NCBI GenBank assembly: GCA_052279835.1
Contig: CP181291.1
Location: 3,648,001 to 3,712,000 of the forward strand
Direction of reading: 5' to 3'
DNA length: 64,000 bases
Origin: Microcoleus sp.
GTDB taxonomy: Bacteria; Cyanobacteriota; Cyanobacteriia; Cyanobacteriales; Microcoleaceae
Under the pieces are notes generated by a model. It did no database searches. It saw only the letters and a program-made list of their open reading frames with translations, and had not been told where the DNA came from. The position numbers and the translations under genes are program-made. The stretch's first letter is position 1, and each line of letters begins with the position of its first letter. Below are positions 9,610-20,211 of the stretch, in pieces.

Positions 9610-10770
9610 TTAGTGTAACGGACCGGCTGAGATGACTTTGGCGATCGCATCGGTGACATCAGTTGGTCGTTCATAGGCTAATTGTGCGTACCATTTTTCT
9701 GTGACTATCGGATCTTTGCCGTGTATTTGTTCCGCGCGCTGTCGGGCTTTTTCGACAACGGCATTGGCCCGCTGTTTGCGCTCGGTTTCGTAACGTTTGA
9801 GGGCGTATTCTACCCCTAAATTCGTACTCAAAAGGTAGTTGGTGAGTACCAGCCCATCTTCCATGGCTTGACAGCCTCCTTGGCCGAGATCCGGGCAGGT
9901 GGCGTGGGCGGAATCTCCCAGCAAAGCTACTTTACCGCGAACGAAAGAGTCGATCGGTCCTACGTCGTGAATTTCCGGCCGCGCCACCGCTGCGGGATCT
10001 AACCTATCTATCAGCAACTGCACGGGTTCTGCCCAACCTTTAAAGTGTTCTTTGAGTTCCGTTTTGTAATTATCGGGATTAGCGGGAGTGCCTTTGGGTA
10101 AGGGAACATCTAAGAAAAAGTAAAATCTATCCCCCGCCACTGGCATCATTGATGCCCGTTTGTGCTCGCCGACATATATCGCCCAAGTGTTTTTCGGCGC
10201 GAGTTCGGCATCGGCTGGAACTAGCCCATTCCAGTTGATATAACCGCCGTATTTTGGTTCTACTTCGTAGCCCAATACATAGGTACGCAAAATCGATCGC
10301 ACGCCGTCAGCAGCCACTAATAAATCGCCCTGGGCTTTGTCTCCATTTTCAAAAATTGCTGTTACTTTGTTTTCATCTTCTTCTACGGCGATACATTTGC
10401 GATCGAGCTTGACTTCTCCTTGAAACGCCGAGCGCAACATATTTTGCAAATCCCGGCGCGCAACGGGATAGGGGCGCTGACCCACTTGTTCAATTAGTGG
10501 CATTAAATCGATGTCGTTAAGGAGTTCGCCGGTTTTGGTGCGGTATTCCATGCGCTCCATTTGCCCGCCGATTTTTGCCATTTCTTCGCCTAAGCCGAGG
10601 CGGTTGAGAACTTTGACTCCATTCGACCATAGGGAGATGCCTGCTCCGGCGGGGCGCAGTTCTTTTACGCGATCGTAAATTTCCACTTGATAGCCCGCTT
10701 GTTGTAGGGCAATTCCCGCAGTTAAGCCGCCAATTCCTGCACCGATAATGACAACTTTCAAGTCCTGCAT
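9610..10770 (-). CDS. hpxO: FAD-dependent urate hydroxylase
   Basis: GAGIGG FAD motif, ISLWSNG, GDSAHATCPDLGQGGCQAMED; upstream of uraH. Confidence 0.9.
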   Translation of the reverse strand: MQDLKVVIIGAGIGGLTAGIALQQAGYQVEIYDRVKELRPAGAGISLWSNGVKVLNRLGLGEEMAKIGGQMERMEYRTKTGELLNDIDLMPLIEQVGQRPYPVARRDLQNMLRSAFQGEVKLDRKCIAVEEDENKVTAIFENGDKAQGDLLVAADGVRSILRTYVLGYEVEPKYGGYINWNGLVPADAELAPKNTWAIYVGEHKRASMMPVAGDRFYFFLDVPLPKGTPANPDNYKTELKEHFKGWAEPVQLLIDRLDPAAVARPEIHDVGPIDSFVRGKVALLGDSAHATCPDLGQGGCQAMEDGLVLTNYLLSTNLGVEYALKRYETERKQRANAVVEKARQRAEQIHGKDPIVTEKWYAQLAYERPTDVTDAIAKVISAGPLH

Positions 10771-10866
10771 TCTTGGTTTCTCCTACTGAATGATATTTAA
10801 TTTCAAAAATTGATAGCGGTTAAATAGTTATTGTCTTTCTTCTGCCATAACCTTAAAAGCTACTAT

Positions 10867-10910
10867 ATTTTATCACATCCTATTGTTTTTTTTACTGTAT
10901 CACAAATTAC
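10867..10910 (-). promoter_or_regulatory. NtcA-type box plus -10 element upstream of hpxO
   Basis: GTATCACAAATTAC 10897-10910; minus-strand TAAAAT at 10872-10867, 24 nt away (slightly longer than the canonical ~22). Confidence 0.55.
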
Positions 10911-11027
10911 TAATTACTGATAAATCCTGGTGGTTTTACTCATCAATTATGCGGCCGTTGAAACTATAACTACAGAAAATTTTGTCTTAGCATAGGGGAA
11001 CTCAAGAATAGAGGCAGCATCTAAGTC

Positions 11028-12251
11028 CTACTCAGCTATAAATTTTGTTAACTCGCCCAGGTTTTGCTGAATCGTATTGATGCCGCGCAGGTGCGAAAGA
11101 GTTGAACCTCCATACAAGAAGCTATTTAAGCTGACTTGATAGTTTTGCTGAACTGCTAAATCCAGCCACAAATTATTAATCGCATCTCCCGGTTTGTAGT
11201 CGGGAATGTTGTGCTGGTAGTAAGGAAAACTGTCAATGCAAGTATTGAAAAAGTTCTTGCGCCCGCAATGCTTTAAATACTGATATCGCGGTTTGAATTC
11301 TGTGCGATTTTCCAATACTGTATATATAGTATCAGCTAAAGATTCTGGGTCGAATTTAGCATACAGCCCTGCACCTTTGGGGAAAACAGGCGAGTTTCCT
11401 CTGGCATATTGGTTAAATTCTTCAAAACAAATTACTGGTACGTTGCAACTCATGGCTTCGGTGATGCCTCTGTTTTTTCCTTCGAGGAGGGAACCAAGGA
11501 CAAATGCTTTGGCTCGCGAATAATACAGAGGCATTTCGTTGTAGTAATCAACTCTCGGCAATAAGTTGATGTAGTCTGAGGGATTACCTAAAATTGTCTC
11601 GACTTGCTGCCATTCTTTTAAGGCGTACTCGTCGAGGGTTTTGAGATTGTTTGCATCAAAATCGTGTCCGCTGACTACTGTTAATTTTATTGGTTTTTGC
11701 GGGTATTTTTGGCGGTATATTTTTAAGGCTTTGGCGATTTGGGGTAAGTTTTTTTCTTCGGAAATGCGGGCGACTGCTAGTAAGTCTATGTCTTTTTCAG
11801 GGACGTTTCTGGGGGAAATTAGGTATTCGTTGATAAAGTCGGTGTCTTGTAGTGGTATAATTGGTTTGTGGGCGCGATCGGGATAAGTTTCGCGAAACCA
11901 TTTCTCGCGTTGTGGGTTTTTGTACAAGCTGGAATAGGCCTCCGCTACCGGGGCCCAAGAATAGGAGATTCCGGGAGAATAGGTAAAGGCAAAAAATACT
12001 GATTCAAGTTGGGGAAAGAGTTTTTTGATGAGTTCGACTCCTTCGCTGAAGTAAATGCCTTTGATGAATTTTCCTTCGTAAAACAATGGGGGAAGTAAGA
12101 CGTAGAAACTTACTGTATCGAAGCGGTGAGGTTGATCCTCGAATATTTCCCAGCTAAAGGCGTCTAAGTCTGCATAAATCTCGGCGATTGGTTTGTTGAT
12201 GTGGGGGTTGCTTAAATATGGTTTTTGTCGATCGTAGTTTCCGCGTACCAT
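11028..12251 (-). CDS. GT-B fold glycosyltransferase (family 4-like)
   Basis: VARISEEKN and SLLEGKNRGITEAMSCNVPVI (E-x7-E) motifs. Confidence 0.75.
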   Translation of the reverse strand: MVRGNYDRQKPYLSNPHINKPIAEIYADLDAFSWEIFEDQPHRFDTVSFYVLLPPLFYEGKFIKGIYFSEGVELIKKLFPQLESVFFAFTYSPGISYSWAPVAEAYSSLYKNPQREKWFRETYPDRAHKPIIPLQDTDFINEYLISPRNVPEKDIDLLAVARISEEKNLPQIAKALKIYRQKYPQKPIKLTVVSGHDFDANNLKTLDEYALKEWQQVETILGNPSDYINLLPRVDYYNEMPLYYSRAKAFVLGSLLEGKNRGITEAMSCNVPVICFEEFNQYARGNSPVFPKGAGLYAKFDPESLADTIYTVLENRTEFKPRYQYLKHCGRKNFFNTCIDSFPYYQHNIPDYKPGDAINNLWLDLAVQQNYQVSLNSFLYGGSTLSHLRGINTIQQNLGELTKFIAE

Positions 12252-12330
12252 ATAGTTTTTAGTATGATTGTCTGGCTTTTTTTATTTAACCACAGAGGGC
12301 GCAGAGGGCGCAGAGGGGAGGAAGGGAGGT

Positions 12331-13194
12331 TTATTCTGGTGATTGGTTGTCGTCTAGTGTGAGGGCGAGTTGGTAGATTTGGCGGCGGGGGAGGGATGTT
12401 TGTTGGGCTAGTTGGCGGCTGGCTTGGGAACGGCTTATTCCTTCACTGATTAATGTTTGTAATTCGGCTTTGATGGCGGATTCGGAGAATACTGGGGCTG
12501 CTGTTTGGATGCCGCCGATGATGAGGGTAAATTCTCCTTTGGGTTCATTATTTGTGTAAAGTTCGATCGCACTTTCGATACTACCACGCCAAAACTCTTC
12601 GTGCATCTTGGTCAACTCCCTCGCTAACACAATCTGTCTGTCACTTCCCAGACTATTTGCTAAATCTTGTAAAGTTTGTCGCAATCGGTGGGGAGATTCG
12701 TATAAGATAATGGTGCGGGATTCTATTTGCAAAGCTTCTAAACTTTGTTGGCGTTCTTGACCTTTCGCGGGCAAGAAACCTTCAAATACAAATCTGTCGG
12801 TGGGTAATCCTGATGCACTTATTCCTACTATGCAAGCGCAGGCTCCGGGAATGGGGATGATGTTAATGTTAGCATCAGCGCAAGCTTTGACTAACTCGGA
12901 ACCAGGATCGGAAATTCCGGGCATTCCAGCATCTGTAACTAGGGCGATATCTTTGCCTAAAAGCAGTTTGTCGATGAGTTCGGGAAGTCGTTGATGTCGG
13001 TTGTGTTCGTGATAGCTGATTTGGGGAGTGGTGATTTGGAAATGTTGCAAAAGTTTACCTGTATGGCGAGTATCTTCCGCGGCAATCAAGTCGGCTGCTT
13101 GCAAAATTTTGATGGCGCGAAAAGTCATGTCTTCGAGGTTGCCGATCGGGGTTCCGACGATGTAAAGTGTTCCTGTATGGGGATTTGCTTGCAT
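12331..13194 (-). CDS. rsmI: 16S rRNA (cytidine1402-2'-O)-methyltransferase
   Basis: LYIVGTPIGNLEDMT, AEDTR, DAGMPGISDPG, RELTKMHEE. Confidence 0.97.
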   Translation of the reverse strand: MQANPHTGTLYIVGTPIGNLEDMTFRAIKILQAADLIAAEDTRHTGKLLQHFQITTPQISYHEHNRHQRLPELIDKLLLGKDIALVTDAGMPGISDPGSELVKACADANINIIPIPGACACIVGISASGLPTDRFVFEGFLPAKGQERQQSLEALQIESRTIILYESPHRLRQTLQDLANSLGSDRQIVLARELTKMHEEFWRGSIESAIELYTNNEPKGEFTLIIGGIQTAAPVFSESAIKAELQTLISEGISRSQASRQLAQQTSLPRRQIYQLALTLDDNQSPE

Positions 13195-13243
13195 TTTAAG
13201 ATGTAGATTTTTTCACCGCAGATAAACGCGGATTAACGCAGAT

Positions 13244-14101
13244 ATGAAAACCGGATTATTTTTGGGATTGGGGACTTTGGATTTAATTTATTTGGCCCAG
13301 CAGCCTCCAGGTGAAAATCAAAAAGTTGTTGCTTCCGATTGTACCATTGCAGCGGGCGGGCCGGCGGCGAATGCTGCGGTGACTTTTAGTTATTTGGGGA
13401 ATAGGGCGATATGGGCTGGGGTTTTGGGCACTCATGCGATCGCCCAATTAATTAAAAATGACCTGGCTGAGTATAATGTGAGCATAATCGATTTAGGACT
13501 GAGGCGATCGGACCCACCGCCAGTTTCTTCAATTATTGTAACTCAAGGCACCGGAGAGCGATCGGTAATCTCGATGAATGCTACAAAATCCCAGGTTGAC
13601 ACTCAAACAATTAACCCGGATATTTTAACATCAGTTAATATTGTCCTGATAGACGGACACCAAATATTAGCCAGCACACACATTGCTAAAATTGCCAAGT
13701 CCCAGAACATCCCAATGGTACTCGACGGAGGCAGTTGGAAACCAGGATTAGACGAAATATTACCATTTATCGAATGGGCTATATGCTCCGATAATTTTCA
13801 TCCACCCAACTGCTACAACCCAGAAGAAGTGTTTGCTTATTTATCAGCAGCCGGAATTCCAAATATTGCCATCACTCGTGGCGAAAAACCGATTTTATAC
13901 CTCAGAAATGGCAACTATGGCAGTTTAGAAATACCTCCAATTCAAGCCACAGACACTTTAGGTGCTGGCGATATTTTTCACGGAGCTTTTTGTCACTATA
14001 TTATGCAAAAAGACTTTACAGACAGTCTCAGCGCAGCCACCCAAATCGCTGCTGATTCCTGCCAAGAATTCGGAACCCGTAACTGGATAAAAAATAATTA
14101 A
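13244..14101 (+). CDS. PfkB family carbohydrate kinase
   Basis: GGPAANAA and DTLGAGDIFHG motifs. Confidence 0.9.
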   Translation: MKTGLFLGLGTLDLIYLAQQPPGENQKVVASDCTIAAGGPAANAAVTFSYLGNRAIWAGVLGTHAIAQLIKNDLAEYNVSIIDLGLRRSDPPPVSSIIVTQGTGERSVISMNATKSQVDTQTINPDILTSVNIVLIDGHQILASTHIAKIAKSQNIPMVLDGGSWKPGLDEILPFIEWAICSDNFHPPNCYNPEEVFAYLSAAGIPNIAITRGEKPILYLRNGNYGSLEIPPIQATDTLGAGDIFHGAFCHYIMQKDFTDSLSAATQIAADSCQEFGTRNWIKNN

Positions 14102-14203
14102 TCATCAAGTAAAACTTACCAAAACATCCGGGAAAAACCACTCCCAGCCAGAAAACTTGAACAGACAACACTCCCTAAGTTAAAATCATAAAAACAACCC
14201 CGA

Positions 14204-14513
14204 CAAAAATTGTAAACTTCATCCCAATCTTCCTTCGCGCCCTTTGCGCCTTCGCGGTTCGCTAAAATTGCTATACTTAGTCCCAAAACAACATACCAAA
14301 ATCATGCAAAAATTGTAAACTTCATCCCAATCTTCCTTCACGCCCTTTGCGCCTTCGCGGTTCGCTAAAATAGCTATACTTAGTCCCAAAACAACATACC
14401 AAAATCATGCAAAAATTGTAAACTTCATCCCAATCTTCCTTCACGCCCTTTGCGCCTTCGCGGTTCGCTAAAATAGCTATACTTAGTCCCAAAACAACAT
14501 ACCAAAATTATGC
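14204..14513 (+). repeat. Three near-identical tandem 103-bp copies, each with a TATACT -10-like box; the last copy supplies ATG 14510
   Basis: TGTAAACTTC starts at 14211, 14314 and 14417 (period 103). Confidence 0.95.
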
Positions 14514-15634
14514 CTGATACCCAACCCCTAACCATCACACTTCCCCCTTTGCGGATTACCATGACTGACCAACAGCAGGTTAATCTAGAATGGCTGACGC
14601 AAAACCTGCAAAATCTACTTACTCCAAGCAAAAAAGAAGTCCCCGACAACATGAGACAGTGGGTAGCAGCCAACAAATTATTAAATAAACCCGATGCCGA
14701 AATCATTCAAGCCCTAGTAAGTACGGGTATAGATGCAGAAACAGCCACAGCCGAAGTTCGGGAAATATCCTCTCACCCCTACTTCCAAGCCGGTAGTCAA
14801 TACGTGCAGTTATTGCAGAAATTAGAATCCCAACTTACCATTAACAATCAATTAGCAGCCCTGTCTGCAAAATACGGGACAATCGAACGCAAGAGCAGCC
14901 TTTCACGAGAATATTTCTTAGAAAATTACTACGCCAAAAATACGCCAGTAATTATTACGAACATTATGCACAATTGGAAAGCGTTGCAGTTGTGGACACC
15001 GGAGTATTTGCAGCAAAAATACGGCGATGCAGAGGTGCAAATTCAAGTCAACCGGAACTCTGACCCGGATTACGAAATTAAAATCGAAAATCACAAAAAA
15101 ACTGTATTATTCCGCGAATACGTGGATATGGTGGTCAATGGTGGCCCCACCAATGACTGCTACATGGTGGCTAACAACCAAACTCTGGAAAGAGCGGAAT
15201 TCAAACCTCTATTTAATGACATCGAAATTTTTCCAGAATACTTAAATCCTGCGGAAACAAGCGGCAGAGTTTTCTTTTGGTTCGGTCCAAAAGGTACGAT
15301 TACGCCCCTACACCATGACCCAGTTAATTTAATTTTAGCGCAAGTTTCGGGTCGGAAATTAATTAAATTAATTTGTCCCCAACAAACACCTCTGCTTTAC
15401 AATCATGTGGGCGTTTTTAGTAAGGTGGATGGCGAAAATCCCGATTATGAAAAGTATCCTCTTTACAGAGAGGCGAAAATCATTGAAGTAATTTTGGAAC
15501 CGGGAGAAGCTATCTTTATTCCTGTGGGTTGGTGGCATCATGTAAAATCCTTGGATGTGAGTATTTCGGTTTCGTTTACTAATTTTGTATTTCCCAATTA
15601 TTATGAGTGGAAATATCCTCATATTAATTGGTAA
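14510..15634 (+). CDS. JmjC/cupin-8 (FIH/JMJD5-like) 2-oxoglutarate-Fe(II) oxygenase
   Basis: WFGPKGTITPLHHDP and LEPGEAIFIPVGWWHHV (HxD...H). The start could instead be MTDQQQ at 14561. Confidence 0.85.
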   Translation: MPDTQPLTITLPPLRITMTDQQQVNLEWLTQNLQNLLTPSKKEVPDNMRQWVAANKLLNKPDAEIIQALVSTGIDAETATAEVREISSHPYFQAGSQYVQLLQKLESQLTINNQLAALSAKYGTIERKSSLSREYFLENYYAKNTPVIITNIMHNWKALQLWTPEYLQQKYGDAEVQIQVNRNSDPDYEIKIENHKKTVLFREYVDMVVNGGPTNDCYMVANNQTLERAEFKPLFNDIEIFPEYLNPAETSGRVFFWFGPKGTITPLHHDPVNLILAQVSGRKLIKLICPQQTPLLYNHVGVFSKVDGENPDYEKYPLYREAKIIEVILEPGEAIFIPVGWWHHVKSLDVSISVSFTNFVFPNYYEWKYPHINW

Positions 15635-15734
15635 TTTTCAGGGGCGGGCATGGGGCACCGCCCCTACAGAAGTTCTCTCGTTACTAGGCTCTGCCTAGTA
15701 ACGCATATCTAGAGGCTCTGCCTCGGATTATACT

Positions 15735-15858
15735 AACAGGAAGAAGGAGGCAGAGCCTCCGGGCAGGCATTCCCAGGCAGAGCCTGGGAACGAGTAAACA
15801 GGAAGAAGGAGGCAGAGCCTCCGGGCAGGCATTCCCAGGCAGAGCCTGGGAACGAGTA
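15735..15858. repeat. Direct duplication (period 62 bp) of a REP-like palindrome
   Basis: aacaggaagaaggaggcagagcctcc...gggaacgagta at 15735 and 15797. Confidence 0.85.
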
Positions 15859-15889
15859 TGATTAAGCTAATATTAGGGGAAGTTTGAGG

Positions 15890-16768
15890 ATGAAAAATCT
15901 CGAAGAAATCAGCGAAATTGTGCGATCGATCGCCTGGGGTGCATCAGATATCCTACAATCCTATTATCGCCAGGATTCCCAGACTCCCAACCTCGACATC
16001 CAAGAACAAAAAGATGGGCCAGTCACCGCCGCCGATGTCGCTGTCAATAGTTACATTCTCGCTGAATTACAATCAGCTTTAGGGAATGCAGAATTTGGGT
16101 ATCTTAGCGAAGAAACTTACAAAGCTTATTTAGAAATTCACGGGCAAATTCCCTTACCTCAAAGTTGGGTTTGGATTATTGACCCTTTGGATGGAACGCG
16201 GGATTTTATTGATAGGACAGGGGAATTTGCAGTTCATATTGCTTTAGCATACCACGGAAGACCTGTTTTGTCAGTGGTGGCTTGGCCGGAACAACAAAAG
16301 ATTTTTTACGCCATCAAAGATGCTGGTGCTTTTGTGGAAAGTCGAGATGGTTCTACGGTAAAGTTGCAGGTTTCTGAGCGCAATCTAGTACGAGATTTAT
16401 CGATAGTAACCAGTCGCAGTCACCGGGACGATCGCTTTAATAAATTATTGCATAAACTGCCTTGTCAAAATCAACTAGCTGTCGGTAGCATCGGCTGTAA
16501 AGTTGCGACAATTGTGGAACAAAGGGCTGATGTTTATATTGCGCTGTCGGGAAAGTCTGCGCCTAAAGATTGGGATTTGGCGGCACCGGAATTGATTTTG
16601 ACGGAAGCGGGGGGCCGATTTACTCGTTTTGACGGTTCTGCTTTGCAATATAACCGGGGAGATGTGAGTCAGTGGGGGGGATTGTTGGCTAGTAACGGTT
16701 GCTGTCACGCTGCTTTGTGTGGGGAAGCTGAGGCGATTTTAGCAGGGATAGATGGAAGTTTGAAATAA
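15890..16768 (+). CDS. cysQ: 3'(2'),5'-bisphosphate nucleotidase CysQ / inositol monophosphatase family
   Basis: PVTAAD, LSEE, WIIDPLDGTRDF, KDWDLAA. Confidence 0.85.
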   Translation: MKNLEEISEIVRSIAWGASDILQSYYRQDSQTPNLDIQEQKDGPVTAADVAVNSYILAELQSALGNAEFGYLSEETYKAYLEIHGQIPLPQSWVWIIDPLDGTRDFIDRTGEFAVHIALAYHGRPVLSVVAWPEQQKIFYAIKDAGAFVESRDGSTVKLQVSERNLVRDLSIVTSRSHRDDRFNKLLHKLPCQNQLAVGSIGCKVATIVEQRADVYIALSGKSAPKDWDLAAPELILTEAGGRFTRFDGSALQYNRGDVSQWGGLLASNGCCHAALCGEAEAILAGIDGSLK

Positions 16769-16871
16769 TTTGGTGGGGACTTTTGTACTGTTTCTTAAGC
16801 CCCTAGGGAAATTTATGTCACGGGGAGTCAGGAGATATTTGCATTGAATTTTGGTAGATTATTAAGAAGTC

Positions 16872-17099
16872 CTAAAAATCTATTTCATCTTCTAAAATCT
16901 CGATCGACAAATCCATTTTCTCCTTTCCCCGCGCCAAAAAATTTTCGCACTGCTGCAAACACTCGACAGCTACCGAAAATTCCTCGAAAACCTGTTCCAG
17001 AGGCAATTCTCCCGATTCCACTCGCTCAATTATTGCTTCTATGCGATCGACTGTTTCTTCATAATTCCAGTCTGACTGGCGCAAGGGCGAATTAATCAT
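16872..17099 (-). CDS. xseB: Exodeoxyribonuclease VII small subunit
   Basis: [24 protein letters not shown]; overlaps the xseA stop. Confidence 0.92.
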   Translation of the reverse strand: MINSPLRQSDWNYEETVDRIEAIIERVESGELPLEQVFEEFSVAVECLQQCENFLARGKEKMDLSIEILEDEIDF

Positions 17100-18265
17100 A
17101 ACTTTTCTGTCGCCTCCAATATTTCTACAATCTTAACTTTCACCACGCCCCGACTCAATTTCAGCGTCAATTCCTCTCCCAACACTAAACCCTCGGTGCT
17201 ACGGACGATCGTACCATCACTTTGGATCGCCGCAGCGTAACCCCTTTCCAAAACCGCTGCGGGATTTAATGCTGATAACTTTTGTTGCAGCACTTCCAAT
17301 TTACCACTGGCTTGCTGCAAAGTTCGGGAGGTTACAGGTAAACGCTTTAATCGATTTTGCAGTAGTTGTAAATGCTTTTCTTCTTTTTGGAATCTGGATC
17401 TGACAACCTGTGCTAAATTGATGACTCGCTGTCGATGTTGGAAGTAAATATCTGCTAAATTAGGTACGGCTTGTTCAGCCGCAGCCGTGGAAGTGTGAGC
17501 TCGCTTGTCGGCAACTAAATCGGCTAGGGATTCATCTCTTTCGTGGCCGATGCCAGTTATAATCGGAATCGCACAATTGCCGATCGCCCTTACCACTCGC
17601 TCATCATTAAAACAGGCCAAATCTTCCGCAGCACCCCCACCCCGCCCTAAAACGATCACATCCGCCCTACCATCCAATTCTACGCGGGCGATCGCCCTAA
17701 CAATCTCAGCAGGAGCCGATTCTCCCTGCACCGCTGTGGGCGATAACAACACCTGCAAACGCGGATATCTTTGAGTTAGGGTGCGCTGAATGTCTCCCCA
17801 AGCTGCACTGGTATCGGATGTTACCACTGCCACAATTTTTGGGTGTGCCGGGAGTGGGCGTTTGTTAGCGGGAGAGAACAAACCCTCAGCATCCAAGCGC
17901 GATCGTAATTGTTCCAATCGCAAGGCTTGTAAGCCTTCCCCGGCGATTACACATTCGGAAACAGTCAACTGGTACTCGCCACGAACTTTGTAAACTCGGA
18001 GGCTTCCCAATACCAGCAATTTCGCTCCTTTTGTGGGTTTCTCTAGTAATTTTGGCCGCTGAGATTTCCAGACTACGCAGCGAATAGCAGCGCTTTTGTC
18101 GGCATCGCAGAGGGTGAAATAGGTGCCGCTGGGGTGTTCGGAAACGCTGGCGACCTCCCCTGTCACCCACAGGGATTGCAAGCGGCGATCGCCCTCTAAC
18201 AAGTCTTGGAGGTAAGATGTTAGTCGAGCAACAGATAAAGCTTTGTCGGAAATAGTTGAAGTCAT
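17096..18265 (-). CDS. xseA: Exodeoxyribonuclease VII large subunit
   Basis: WVTGEV OB fold, [22 protein letters not shown]. Confidence 0.95.
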   Translation of the reverse strand: MTSTISDKALSVARLTSYLQDLLEGDRRLQSLWVTGEVASVSEHPSGTYFTLCDADKSAAIRCVVWKSQRPKLLEKPTKGAKLLVLGSLRVYKVRGEYQLTVSECVIAGEGLQALRLEQLRSRLDAEGLFSPANKRPLPAHPKIVAVVTSDTSAAWGDIQRTLTQRYPRLQVLLSPTAVQGESAPAEIVRAIARVELDGRADVIVLGRGGGAAEDLACFNDERVVRAIGNCAIPIITGIGHERDESLADLVADKRAHTSTAAAEQAVPNLADIYFQHRQRVINLAQVVRSRFQKEEKHLQLLQNRLKRLPVTSRTLQQASGKLEVLQQKLSALNPAAVLERGYAAAIQSDGTIVRSTEGLVLGEELTLKLSRGVVKVKIVEILEATEKL

Positions 18266-18322
18266 CGACCGTCGTAACGAAAGGCAAATCTAGGCTAATA
18301 TATCTAAGGTGATTTATTCAAC

Positions 18323-19078
18323 TTGTTTGGAAATAATATATTAATGATATCAGTTTCTATGACTTCCATGAATATGTTGCGCCAAGAGGCGGAGGCGATC
18401 GGTATTACTGAGGAACAAGCCAGAAAATATGGCAACATTCGACACAGAAGAACTTGGTCTCTGGCGATCGAACATCACCTCTCCATACAATCCGAAGCCG
18501 ATCGCATTCCACCATCTTTCACCACTGGCGAGCCCAATTCCTCCTTTCCATCCACAGACTCTAGACAGAACGAGCATCGGCAAGATTTAAAGGATTACGG
18601 CATTCAACTAACTGCAAATCTAGGGGAATCTGGACCTAGAATAGCACAGCAAACAGCACCAATGATTGCGGCCAAACAGCCAGCAGAACATTCGGTGCCG
18701 CGCAGCAAATCCATCCACCACCTCAAGCAAGCTCGAAGTTTTGACCAAGTAGTTCAAAATCACATTAAAGCCTTAAAAATCGCATCAAATACTCGCACAA
18801 ATTCGCCACATTTATCGAGCTGCAATTGGGTTTGTCCTGAGTGTGGCCCCCAAGCCGGAATTAGCTGTCACCTTTGTGAAGGGACTGGAAATATCACTGA
18901 CATTGCAGCCATTGGATGGACTCTAGCTTATATGGAAATGTTGGGCTGTTCCGCCCGCGAAATAGAACCAATCAGGAGATTATTCCCGGAATCAAATATA
19001 CTGGAATTGAATTTAAAAATTTGTGTAGCCATCAAACAAAGTACCGAAGTTTTAGCCCGCACTGAAAAATGGTTATAG
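18323..19078 (+). CDS. Hypothetical protein with a DnaJ-type zinc-finger-like motif
   Basis: Long ORF with CPECGPQAGISCHLCEGTG; start uncertain. Confidence 0.55.
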   Translation: MFGNNILMISVSMTSMNMLRQEAEAIGITEEQARKYGNIRHRRTWSLAIEHHLSIQSEADRIPPSFTTGEPNSSFPSTDSRQNEHRQDLKDYGIQLTANLGESGPRIAQQTAPMIAAKQPAEHSVPRSKSIHHLKQARSFDQVVQNHIKALKIASNTRTNSPHLSSCNWVCPECGPQAGISCHLCEGTGNITDIAAIGWTLAYMEMLGCSAREIEPIRRLFPESNILELNLKICVAIKQSTEVLARTEKWL

Positions 19079-19175
19079 AACAAGGAAGAAGGAAGAAGGA
19101 AGAGGGAAGAAGGAAGAGAGCCATTCGACCCTTCGACTAGGCGATCGCGCACCGCTTCGCTGACTGAACCGAGTC

Positions 19176-19281
19176 AGATCAATTCCGGTTGTATCGGAAT
19201 GATTAAACCACAGAGAAACACAGAGGACACAGAGAAAGAGAAGAGAGAAATAATAATTCCGATGTCAACGGATTTGACATC
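19176..19281. repeat. ~105-115 bp MITE-like element with imperfect terminal inverted repeats and internal (C/A)CAGAG units
   Basis: atcaattccggttg...caacggatttgac; related copies at ~22885-22940 (reverse), 50193-50271 and 52348-52463, plus a partial copy at ~12283. Confidence 0.6.
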
Positions 19282-19307
19282 AGTCCGAGGTCCGAGGGAA
19301 GAAACAG

Positions 19308-19865
19308 TCAACATTCAACAGTCAAAACAGATTCCAGCCCTTTTAAAGCAACTTCCAAATCATCATTAATAACTTGAAAATCAAATTCTCCCGCAGCTTC
19401 AATTTCTGCTTTAGCCCGTAACAACCGACGGGTAATCGCACTTTCAGAATCTAAACCCCGACTCCGCAGACGGCGTTCCAATTCTTCCCAAGAAGGAGGT
19501 AAAATAAAAATTCGCAGCGCCTCTGGAAACTTATCTCTAATTTGTCTAGCACCTTCAAGCTCAATTTCTAGCAATACCAACTTACCCGCTTCGATACCCC
19601 GCTGGAGAGCAAAATAGGGAGTACCGTAAAAATTACCCGCAAACTCAGCCCATTCAACCAATTCTCCAGCCTCAACCATTTCTTCAAAGCGACTGCGACT
19701 GACAAAATAGTAGTGTTGTCCGTCAATTTCTCCTTGACGGGGCCCACGAGTTGTCACCGATACAGAGAGATGAAGTTCGGGATGGCGCATGAGGAGCGAT
19801 CGAACTAAGGTGCCTTTCCCCACACCGCTAGGCCCTGTCAGAACAATTAATTTCCCTGATTTCAT
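19308..19865 (-). CDS. gmk: Guanylate kinase
   Basis: [27 protein letters not shown]; start placed at MKSGKL. Confidence 0.96.
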   Translation of the reverse strand: MKSGKLIVLTGPSGVGKGTLVRSLLMRHPELHLSVSVTTRGPRQGEIDGQHYYFVSRSRFEEMVEAGELVEWAEFAGNFYGTPYFALQRGIEAGKLVLLEIELEGARQIRDKFPEALRIFILPPSWEELERRLRSRGLDSESAITRRLLRAKAEIEAAGEFDFQVINDDLEVALKGLESVLTVEC

Positions 19866-19944
19866 GTTGACAATAGAAACTTTTAACAATTTAAGTTGTC
19901 GCTCAGTCTAGACTGTAGGCGCTCAAATTGCAACCGTCACCAGC

Positions 19945-20211
19945 TCAATCATCCCGACTTTGGCCCTCTTTGCTCACCACAAAGCGATTAGCCACGGTTT
20001 CCGGCTGAATCGCCGAGAGAATCACATGGCTTGAATCCGTAATAATAACCGCCCTCGTGCGGCGTCCGTAGGTAGCATCCACCAGTTGTCCTCGCTCCCG
20101 CGCATCGGTAATAATCCGTTTAATTGGCGCTGACTCTGGGCTGACAATCGCAATCACTCGATTAGCAGAGACAATATTACCAAAACCGATATTAATTAAT
20201 TGAATATCCAT
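19945..20211 (-). CDS. remA: RemA/DUF370 family protein
   Basis: [28 protein letters not shown]; conserved position upstream of gmk. Confidence 0.92.
   Translation of the reverse strand: MDIQLINIGFGNIVSANRVIAIVSPESAPIKRIITDARERGQLVDATYGRRTRAVIITDSSHVILSAIQPETVANRFVVSKEGQSRDD

Noticed and set aside
14204..14513. CRISPR array
   Set aside because: Whole 103-bp units repeat with no unique spacers, and there are no cas genes.
14510..15634. First JmjC gene as part of the peptide cluster
   Set aside because: It is about 11 kb away, belongs to a different JmjC subfamily and has no adjacent precursor-like ORF.
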